Shown here one piece after another: positions 38,905-46,938 of a DNA stretch of 64,000 bases. The notes below the pieces were generated by a model. That model was not told where the DNA came from. It worked only from the letters and a program-made list of their open reading frames with translations, and did not search any database. Position numbers and translations under genes: made by a program. The stretch's first letter is position 1; every line of letters begins with the position of its first letter. Source of the DNA: an uncultured Gemmatimonadales bacterium (lineage in GTDB: Bacteria > Gemmatimonadota > Gemmatimonadetes > Longimicrobiales > RSA9); the NCBI GenBank assembly GCA_963798845.1, contig CAWCUS010000006.1, positions 128,001 through 192,000 on the forward strand. Reading direction: 5' to 3'.

Positions 38905-41904
38905 CTAGAAGTTCGCGTCGACGCGGAGCGTGAACACGCGGTTCGGCGGCAGCGGCGAGAGGTCGCGTGACGAGAAGTTCGCCTGCTGCCCGTAGCTCTG
39001 AACCTCGGGATTGAGTCCCGGGTAGCGGGTCCACGTCACCAGGTTCCGCCCGGCCAGCGTCAGGCGCAGGTCGCTCGCCTTGAACGACCGCGTCCAGCCG
39101 TGCGGCAGCATGAACGTCAATGACAGCTCGCGGAGCTTCAGGAAGTCCGCGTCCTCGATGTAGCCGGCCCACGTGCCGTAGCCGGCGTAGCCGACGATCT
39201 TCGCCTGGTCCGCGAGCGAGCCCGTGTAGGCTTCCTGACAGTTGGCGTAGCTCCGGCACCGGACGTCCTCCGTCTGGTTGAACAGCTTGTAGCCGCCCTT
39301 GTAGTCGAACAGCGCCGACAGGCGGAGCGCCTTCCAGAACGTGAAGTCCGTGCTCAGCGACGCTTCCTTCGTCGGGAACGAGCTGCCCAGGTACACGGCG
39401 GTGTCGCCCACCACCATCTCGTTCGGCGCCAGGATCCCGTCGCCGTTCTCGTCGCTGTAGGACAGGATCGGCTTCTGCCAGTACCCGCCCAGCGGGTAGC
39501 CTTCCACGTGACGCTGGCGTCCGGCCGCCATCTCGATCGGCGGGATCGGGTTGCCCTCGGCGTCCGTGCCCAGGCTGAGCAGCTCGTTCGACAGCCAGCT
39601 GCCCGTCAGGTTGAAGTTCCAGTCGAAGTTGTCCGTGCGGACCGCTTCCCCGTTCAATCCCAGCTCGAGCCCGCTGTTCTTCACCGAGCCCAGGTTCTCC
39701 CATCGGCTCGTGCTGCCACCGGGCGACGGCGGAAGCGGCTTGTTCACCAGCGCGTCCGTGGACTTCTTGTAGTACCACGTGGTCTCGAGCCCGAGGCGTC
39801 CACCGAACCAGCCGCTCTCGAAGCCGAGCTCCCACTCCGAGGTCCGCTCCGGCTTCAGCTCCGGGTTCCCGAGCTCGTTGATCGTGATCGCCGGCACGTC
39901 CGACTGGTTGAACGCCGTGATCTGCGAGCCGAACGACAGCAGCGCGTCCGTTGCGCCGGGCCGGAGACCGGCCTGTCCGTACGCGGCGCGCAGCCGCAGG
40001 TCGCTCAGGGCATCCAGCTTCGGGAAGAAGCCTTCTTCACTGATCACCCACGAGCTGCTCACCGACGGGTACCAGATCCAGCCAATGTCGGTCCCGAATG
40101 CCGTGTTCTTGTCGCCCCGCAGCGCACCGTTCAGGAACACGCGGTCGCGCCACGCCAGCTGCTCCTGCGCGTAGGCGGATACCGTTCCGTTCAGCAGGTG
40201 CCCTTCGCTCGTCTCGAAGTCGCTCGTGGCGCCCGCCAGCGAGGTCTCGATCCCGGGCGTGAGGCCGGCGCCGAAAGCGTAGACGTCCCGAGAATCCTCG
40301 CGGATGTACTGCGTCCCGCCGGTGGTCGTGGACACCAGCGTCGGCGTGGCGTTCCACACCGCCGAGCCGCTCAGGTTGGTGTTGATGTTGTAGATGTCCC
40401 AGTCGTCGACCTGGATCCACCCGTGCGAGTACACGCCGCCGTACACCTGATACGCGCTCACCCGCGGGATCCGGCCGCGGTCCTCGCGCGTGATCCGGTC
40501 CAGGCCGGCCGAGCCGTTGAAGCTCAGCCACGACAGCGGCGTCCAGTCGGCGCTCGCGCTGCCGATGAAGCGGCTCTGCTTCTGGTACGTCTTCCAGTCG
40601 TAGAAGAAGTCGATCGGGTACAGGTACCCGCCCGTCGCCGCCACACTCGCCGGGTCCGACGAGCCGTAAAGCCCAAGCCCCGTGGCCCCGAACAGCGAGT
40701 TGTCGCTCAGCGGGAACTGGGCGTCGTTCTCCACGTACCCCACCGTCCCGCGGACACGGAAGTCCTCGCCCACGTTCCCCGTCAGGTTCGCCTGCAGGTT
40801 CCACTTGTGCAGCCAGTTCTCGGAGTTGTAGACCGACTCCTCCCGCGTGCGCTCGCCCGAGACGAAGAACGTCGCGTCCTCGCTCCCGCCCGAGATGCTC
40901 GCGCCGTACACCTGCCGGCTCCCACCGTCGAACACCGTCGTCGAATCGTTCTCCAGCGGGTTGGCCGAGTACATGTTCGCCACGCCGCTGCACAGCGGAT
41001 TGCCGCTCGCGTCGTACGTGACCTGGTTGATCAGCGGACAGAGACGGCCCTGCGTATCAAAGCCCTGCACGTTGTTCGGGAAATCCGCTCCCAGCCGCAG
41101 CGCGGACTGCTCCGTCCAGGCATGGATCGAGGGGGCGCCAGCGCGACCCTTCTTCGTCGTCACCTGGATCACACCGTTCGCCGCCGCCGTTCCGTACAGC
41201 GCGGATGCAGCCGGACCTTTCAGGATCTCTATGCTCTCGATGTTGTTCGGGTTCAGGTCGTTCAGCGCCGACGGCGCCTGGTCGAGGCCGCCGATCGGCG
41301 CCTCGTTCGGATCGTTGTCCACCCGCACGCCGTCCACCACCAGCAGCGGCGCGTTGCTCAGCGACATCGAGTTCGCGCCGCGGATCCGGATCCGCGACCC
41401 CGACCCCGTCACGCCACTGCTCTGCAGCACCGTCGCGCCCGCCGTCCGGCCCTGGATCAGCTGCTCGAACGACGCCACCGGCGCCAGGTCGACCTTGTCC
41501 ACGTTCACCACGCCGACCGAGCTCCCGATCTCCCGCAGCGTCTGCTGCTGCCCCGTCGCCGAAACCACCACGGCGCCCAGCTCGATCGCCGACTCCCCCA
41601 GCTGGAAGTCCTGCGTGGCCGTGCCGCCGGCCGTCACCGTCACCGTGTTCGTCGCCGTCGAGTACCCGATCAGCGTCGCTCGCACCTCGTACTGACCCGC
41701 CGGCACCTGGCGGACGATGTACTGCCCGTTCTCGTTCGCGAGCGCGCCCAGCGTCGTTCCCGTGACCGAGATCTGCGCACCCGGCAACGGCGCGTTCGAT
41801 GTACGGTCCACGACGCGGCCCACGATCGTCCCCGTCTGTGCCGCGACCGGCGACGCGCCGGCCAGCGCCAGCAACGCCACGATCGCCCACTTGTATCTGG
41901 ACAT
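38905..41904 (-). CDS. susC: SusC/RagA family TonB-dependent receptor
   Basis: Signal peptide, CarboxypepD-like N-domain, IRIRGANS, PLLVVDG, IESIEILKGPAASALYGTAAANGVI, GNPELKPE, C-terminal F. Confidence 0.93.
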   Translation of the reverse strand: MSRYKWAIVALLALAGASPVAAQTGTIVGRVVDRTSNAPLPGAQISVTGTTLGALANENGQYIVRQVPAGQYEVRATLIGYSTATNTVTVTAGGTATQDFQLGESAIELGAVVVSATGQQQTLREIGSSVGVVNVDKVDLAPVASFEQLIQGRTAGATVLQSSGVTGSGSRIRIRGANSMSLSNAPLLVVDGVRVDNDPNEAPIGGLDQAPSALNDLNPNNIESIEILKGPAASALYGTAAANGVIQVTTKKGRAGAPSIHAWTEQSALRLGADFPNNVQGFDTQGRLCPLINQVTYDASGNPLCSGVANMYSANPLENDSTTVFDGGSRQVYGASISGGSEDATFFVSGERTREESVYNSENWLHKWNLQANLTGNVGEDFRVRGTVGYVENDAQFPLSDNSLFGATGLGLYGSSDPASVAATGGYLYPIDFFYDWKTYQKQSRFIGSASADWTPLSWLSFNGSAGLDRITREDRGRIPRVSAYQVYGGVYSHGWIQVDDWDIYNINTNLSGSAVWNATPTLVSTTTGGTQYIREDSRDVYAFGAGLTPGIETSLAGATSDFETSEGHLLNGTVSAYAQEQLAWRDRVFLNGALRGDKNTAFGTDIGWIWYPSVSSSWVISEEGFFPKLDALSDLRLRAAYGQAGLRPGATDALLSFGSQITAFNQSDVPAITINELGNPELKPERTSEWELGFESGWFGGRLGLETTWYYKKSTDALVNKPLPPSPGGSTSRWENLGSVKNSGLELGLNGEAVRTDNFDWNFNLTGSWLSNELLSLGTDAEGNPIPPIEMAAGRQRHVEGYPLGGYWQKPILSYSDENGDGILAPNEMVVGDTAVYLGSSFPTKEASLSTDFTFWKALRLSALFDYKGGYKLFNQTEDVRCRSYANCQEAYTGSLADQAKIVGYAGYGTWAGYIEDADFLKLRELSLTFMLPHGWTRSFKASDLRLTLAGRNLVTWTRYPGLNPEVQSYGQQANFSSRDLSPLPPNRVFTLRVDANF

Positions 41905-42204
41905 GTTCTCTCCTCCGTCTTCGTTCCTCTCGCGTCGGCCGCACTCGCGACCAACGTCAATCTCCTCCGCAACCCCGGACCTTCCGGAGCCGCGTGCTAC
42001 GGGTCGGCTCACCTCCTGACGCACACGGACACAACAACACCGACCGATGCACGGCCGCTGTTCTCTTTCCTGCTCCGGTTTTTTTGGGGGGATTCGTAAC
42101 GCTGGGTCCTCGGCACGCCTCCTTCCTCTGGGTTCCACCCATTCACCGGGTCGGCGCCGCGCGGGCGCCGTCCCCCGGTTCTCCGGGCCACGCCAGGATC
42201 CTCG

Positions 42205-42235
42205 AATCTAGAACGAGGTCCGGCGTGGCTGTCAA
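42205..42235 (-). promoter_or_regulatory. Candidate sigma70-type promoter for susCD
   Basis: TTGACA (42235-42230), 19 nt spacer, TAGATT (42210-42205), embedded in an inverted repeat. Confidence 0.35.
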
Positions 42236-42276
42236 GCGAATCGACCCCGGTTCGGGACGATCCGCGCTATCTCAAT

Positions 42277-43881
42277 TCACATGGCCGCCACGGAAAGCAG
42301 CGCGCCTGCCTTCGCCAGCGTCTCGGCATACTCGCGGGCGGGGTCACTGTCGGCCACCACGCCCGCTCCGGCCTGGACGTGGGCCCGGCCGCCGGCCGCG
42401 ACCAGAGTGCGGATGGCGATGGCGGTGTCCATATCGCCTCCGCCGTATCCGAGCCACCCGACCGCCCCGGCGTAGGGTCCACGGCGGGCGGGCTCCAGCT
42501 CGTCGATGATCTCCATGGCGCGCACCTTCGGAGCACCGGAGACGGTCCCTGCCGGGAAGGCGGCGCGCAGCGCGTCGAAAGCGTCGAGGCCTTCGCGCAG
42601 CCGTCCGTCTACCTGACTCACCATGTGGAGCACATGGCTGTATCGCTCGACGCTCATGAGGTCCGAGACCTGCACGGACCCGTAGCGGCAGACGCGGCCG
42701 AGGTCGTTCCGGCCGAGGTCGACGAGCATGAGGTGCTCGGCGCGTTCCTTCGGATCGGCGAGGAGCTCGGCTTCGAGCCGGGCGTCCTCGCCTTCGTTTC
42801 GCCCTCGGTGTCGAGTCCCGGCGATGGGACGGACGGTGGCGCGACCATCGCGCACCCGGACGAGCACCTCTGGCGAAGCACCCGCAAGGACGACGCCATC
42901 GAGCTCGAGATAGAACATGTAGGGGGAGGGATTGAGGTGCCTCAAACGGCGGTAGGCATCGAAGGGAGCGGAAGCGAGCTGAACGTCGAGTCGCTGGCTC
43001 AGGACCACCTGGAAGGCGTCTCCGGCCGCGATGTACTCCTTGATGCGGCGGACGGCGTGCTCGAACTCGGGACGGGTGAAGGTGCTGCGGAGGTCGGCAG
43101 GGAGCCCGGGCGCCGGTGGCGCGTCCTGCCGCTTCGTCGCCCCGAGGGCCGTGGAGCTGCCGCGTGCGGCGGCGGAGTGCACGGCCAGGGACGGCGCGGT
43201 CGTAAGCGGCTCGGGGCCCGTGCCCGCGTGGAGGTCGGCGAGGGTGCGGTCGATGCGGGCGAGGGCATCCTTATAGCCGTGGCGCAGCTCGGAGCGCGAT
43301 CTCGAGCCTGTCACCCGTTGCACGGCAACGACGTGGGCGCAGCCGTACACGTTGTCGATGGCGAGTACGACGTCGGTGAACGCCAGGATGGCGTCGGGGA
43401 GCCCGAGATCGTCGGGCGGCCCCTCTCCCAGGCGCTCGATCTGGCGCACCACGTCGTAACCGAGGTAGCCCACGGCGCCGCCAATGAACGGTGGCAGCCC
43501 GGGGGGGGCGGCCAGACGCTCCCCGCGTAGCCGCCGGGCGAGCCGGTCCAGCGGACCGGCGCCGGCACGAGAGGCATGCGCGGTATGCGCCGTCTCATCG
43601 GCATCCACGGCGTCGTCGGTCCAACCGGCCTGCGGCGTCCAGCGTCGGACGCGGCCGTGCTGGAGCTTCCACGCCTCGCGCGGGCGCGTCCCCAGGAAGG
43701 TCCAGCGCGCCCAGCGCTCGCCACCGGTGACGGACTCGAGGAGGAAGGAAAAGGGCGGCGCCGCGAGTCGGGCGTACGCCGTGATCGCGGTCTCGGTATC
43801 GAACGGGATCTCCCGGGAAACGGCGACCAGGGAGGCGTCCCGGGCGAGCTCGCAGAAGGTGTCGAAATCGGGTCGGATCAT
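42277..43881 (-). CDS. trpE: Anthranilate synthase component I
   Basis: FLLES..GGERWARW, GGAVGYLGYD, GDAFQVVLSQR, NPSPYM, ASPE, PIAGT, KERAEHLMLVDLGRND, GTVSGAPKVRAMEII, AIAIRT. Confidence 0.93.
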   Translation of the reverse strand: MIRPDFDTFCELARDASLVAVSREIPFDTETAITAYARLAAPPFSFLLESVTGGERWARWTFLGTRPREAWKLQHGRVRRWTPQAGWTDDAVDADETAHTAHASRAGAGPLDRLARRLRGERLAAPPGLPPFIGGAVGYLGYDVVRQIERLGEGPPDDLGLPDAILAFTDVVLAIDNVYGCAHVVAVQRVTGSRSRSELRHGYKDALARIDRTLADLHAGTGPEPLTTAPSLAVHSAAARGSSTALGATKRQDAPPAPGLPADLRSTFTRPEFEHAVRRIKEYIAAGDAFQVVLSQRLDVQLASAPFDAYRRLRHLNPSPYMFYLELDGVVLAGASPEVLVRVRDGRATVRPIAGTRHRGRNEGEDARLEAELLADPKERAEHLMLVDLGRNDLGRVCRYGSVQVSDLMSVERYSHVLHMVSQVDGRLREGLDAFDALRAAFPAGTVSGAPKVRAMEIIDELEPARRGPYAGAVGWLGYGGGDMDTAIAIRTLVAAGGRAHVQAGAGVVADSDPAREYAETLAKAGALLSVAAM

Positions 43882-44172
43882 GGCTGAGCGAATGTCGGCA
43901 GGCGCGGCCGCGGTTGTCAAACGCGTCCGCCGCGGGAGGGAGATGGCTGTGGAGAGTGGGCCGGCCCCGCCCAGATCCGGAGTGCGGGGCCGCGGTTCGC
44001 GGCACCGGGCGGCGCCCGGCGCGGGGCGAGCGGGCGCATGGTGCGCGGGGGCACCCGGCCGCAGATTGCCGGGGCGGACGGGCCGGTCAGCCGGGGCTAA
44101 GGTCGGGGTGGAACCGGCCGGGGCCGGGGGCGCGGACTCGAGCAGGGTAGACTGGTGGAGCGGGAGAACCGA

Positions 44173-46149
44173 ATGGCGGAACGGGTGGAGACCTCCCTGG
44201 TCGCGGTGGACACGGGCGGCACGTTCACGGACGTGGTGGCGCTGGTGGCGGGGCGACTGGTGGTCGTGAAGGTGCCGTCGACGCCGGCGGATCCCGCGGG
44301 CGCGGTGCTGGATGGGGTGCGTGCGGCGGCGCCGGGCGCTCGCTGGGTGCTGGTGCACGGGTCCACCGTGGCGACGAACACGCTGCTGGAGCGAACGGGT
44401 GCCCGGGTGGCTCTGGTGACGAACCGCGGCTTCGAGGACGTGATCGAGATCGGACGGCAGAACCGGCCGCAGCTGTATGCTCTGGTGGGGCGGCGTCCGG
44501 CGCCACTGGTGGAGCGCCGGGACCGACATGGCGTGGCGGGGCGTCTGGGTCCGGATGGGGAGGAGGAGGAGCCGCTGGACGCGGGTGAGCTGGCGGTGCT
44601 GCGGGAGAAAGTGGCTGGTGCGGAGTCGGTGGCGGTGTGCCTGCTGCACAGCTATGCGGACGCGGGTCACGAAGACCGGGTGGCGGAGGCGCTGGAAGGG
44701 CTGGGTGTCCCGGTGTCGGTGTCGTCGCGGCTGCTGCCGGAGTACCGGGAATACGAGCGGACGGCCACGACGGTGGTGAATGCGTACGTGGCGCCGCGGA
44801 TGGAACGGTACCTGGGGCGCCTGGCGGCGGAGTCAGGGGCGGAGCGGGTGCGGGTGATGGGGTCGGGAGGCGGCGCAATCCCGGTGGAGCGAGCGCGGCG
44901 CGAGCCGGTGCACACCGTTCTCAGCGGCCCCGCGGGGGGAGTGGTGGGTGCGCTGCGCGTGGCTCGCGATGTGGGGGTGAGCGACATCCTCACCTTCGAC
45001 ATGGGCGGAACGTCGACGGACGTCTCGCTGTGCCCGGGGGCGCCGCTCCACACGCGCGAGTTCGTGATCTCGGGCGTGCCCGTGGCGGTCCCGGTGATCG
45101 ACATCCACACGGTGGGCGCGGGCGGCGGCTCGATTGCGGAGGTGGATGCGGGCGGGGCGCTGCGCGTGGGGCCGCGCAGCGCGGGCGCCGATCCCGGCCC
45201 GGTCTGCTACGGCCGCGGCGGTGATCGGCTGACGGTCACGGACGCCAACGTCTGGCTCGGCCGCCTGCCCGAGGACCTGTTCCTGGGCGGCAATGTTGAG
45301 CTGGACCGTGCCGCGGTCGCGGGTCCGCTTCGTGCACTGGCTCGGGAGCTGGGGATTTCGCCGGAGGACGCGGCGGAGGGCGTGCTCGCCGTGGTGAACA
45401 CGGCGATGGAAGGCGCCCTGCGTGTGATCAGCGTCGAGCGCGGATACGACCCGGCCGACTTCGCGCTGGTCCCGTTCGGCGGGGCGGCGGGGCTGCACGC
45501 CGTGGAGCTGGCGGAGCGCCTCGGGATTCCGCGGCTGCTGGTGCCGCCGGACCCGGGTGTCCTGTCGGCGCTGGGGATGCTGATCTCCCCGGTGCGCAAG
45601 GACGCGTCGCGCACGATTCTCCTGCGGGACGTGGAAGCGTCCGCGGAGCGGGTGGCGGAGGCGTTCGAAGCGCTGGAGGAGGCGGCGCTCGCGGGGATGG
45701 AAGCGGAAGGCATCGATGCTGCAGAGGTCACGATCCAGCGTCTGGCCGACGTCCGCTACGCAGGGCAGAGCTTCGAGCTCCGGGTCCCGGCGGAGGGTTG
45801 GGCGGAGAATTTCGAGCGCGCCCACGAGGCGCGATACGGCTTCAGTCGGCCGGGTGCCGCGCTGGAGCTGGTGACGGTGCGGGTGGAAGCGGCCGGGTCG
45901 TGGCGTCCGACGCCGGCGCGCGAACCGGCCCGGCCAGAGGAGGGGGTTCAGCGGCGACGCCTCGCCGTGCGGTTCCGCGGCGAGGATGTGGACGCGGAGG
46001 CGGTGCCCCGAACGGCGCTGGAGCCCGGGGCAACGGTGGAGGGTCCAGCGATCATCCACGAGTACAGCGCCACGTTCTGGCTTCCCAGGGGCTGGCGCGC
46101 CGAGACGCTGGCAGGGGGGAGCCTGTCGGTGAGGAATGCTCCCCGGTGA
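44173..46149 (+). CDS. Hydantoinase A / 5-oxoprolinase family protein
   Basis: VDTGGTFTD, HGSTVATN, EYERTATTVVNAY, SGPAGG, DMGGTSTD, GAGGGS, SAGADPGP, FGGAAGLH. Confidence 0.93.
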   Translation: MAERVETSLVAVDTGGTFTDVVALVAGRLVVVKVPSTPADPAGAVLDGVRAAAPGARWVLVHGSTVATNTLLERTGARVALVTNRGFEDVIEIGRQNRPQLYALVGRRPAPLVERRDRHGVAGRLGPDGEEEEPLDAGELAVLREKVAGAESVAVCLLHSYADAGHEDRVAEALEGLGVPVSVSSRLLPEYREYERTATTVVNAYVAPRMERYLGRLAAESGAERVRVMGSGGGAIPVERARREPVHTVLSGPAGGVVGALRVARDVGVSDILTFDMGGTSTDVSLCPGAPLHTREFVISGVPVAVPVIDIHTVGAGGGSIAEVDAGGALRVGPRSAGADPGPVCYGRGGDRLTVTDANVWLGRLPEDLFLGGNVELDRAAVAGPLRALARELGISPEDAAEGVLAVVNTAMEGALRVISVERGYDPADFALVPFGGAAGLHAVELAERLGIPRLLVPPDPGVLSALGMLISPVRKDASRTILLRDVEASAERVAEAFEALEEAALAGMEAEGIDAAEVTIQRLADVRYAGQSFELRVPAEGWAENFERAHEARYGFSRPGAALELVTVRVEAAGSWRPTPAREPARPEEGVQRRRLAVRFRGEDVDAEAVPRTALEPGATVEGPAIIHEYSATFWLPRGWRAETLAGGSLSVRNAPR

Positions 46150-46201
46150 AGTTCGCGGGCCAGGGCCGGCCCCCACGCAACGAAATTGATGGAGGTTGAG
46201 C

Positions 46202-46837
46202 ATGAATACGCTGAAGACCACGTTCGCGGCAGCCGTGTGCACGGCGGTTCTGGCCGCCCCGGCAACCGCGCAGGCGCCCGGATTCGACCTGAAGCTGAAC
46301 CCGCGCATCGGCCTGTACGAGCCATTGACCAAGCTGACGGATGCGCCGGACGCCGTGGCGGAGCTGAAGGGGAGCCTGGCGGTGGGCCTGGGTGTCGAGC
46401 TCCAGTTCGGGGCTTCCCCCTTCGGCCTCCGTGCCAACATGGACTACGCGACGAGCTCCAAGGTGGAGACCAGCTCTGGCGGCGTGACGCTGGGCGACTC
46501 GCCCGACGCCACGCTGCTCGCAGTCGTGGGCGACGTCATGCTGCGCCCGCTCCCCCGGTTCCCCATCGTCAAGCCGTACCTCTTCGCCGGGGGCGGTCTG
46601 AAGCAGTACGACGTCACCGCGAGCAACGTCGGGTACGAGTCGTTCAAGAACGAGAGCGACCCGACCGTCCACCTCGGCGGCGGGCTGGACCTGGGCCTGG
46701 GGCCGCTCGCACTGAACGCCGAGGTCGGGGACTACATCAGCTGGTCCGACTTCCAGGCCACGGCGAGCGGGCCGACCGACAAGAAGACCCAGCACGACCT
46801 GTTCGTGACGGTCGGTCTCACGATCGGGATGCTGTGA
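46202..46837 (+). CDS. Small outer-membrane beta-barrel protein (OmpA-like TM domain)
   Basis: GGAGG RBS, signal peptide ending ATA-Q, KPYLFAGGG, HLGGGLD, C-terminal amphipathic strand. Confidence 0.8.
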   Translation: MNTLKTTFAAAVCTAVLAAPATAQAPGFDLKLNPRIGLYEPLTKLTDAPDAVAELKGSLAVGLGVELQFGASPFGLRANMDYATSSKVETSSGGVTLGDSPDATLLAVVGDVMLRPLPRFPIVKPYLFAGGGLKQYDVTASNVGYESFKNESDPTVHLGGGLDLGLGPLALNAEVGDYISWSDFQATASGPTDKKTQHDLFVTVGLTIGML

Positions 46838-46938
46838 CCCCGGCACGGGGCCGTGGCCGCCGCCTGTTGAGCGGTCGCGGCCCTCGCGGTTAGGTTGGGG
46901 CCTCGTCGCAGGACCCGAACCCGTCCCGGCTCAGGCGG

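Noticed and set aside
43885..43920. TTGACA promoter or Trp attenuator upstream of trpE
   Set aside because: The -35 is perfect but the -10 (GACATT) is weak, and no Trp-codon leader peptide or T-box is visible.
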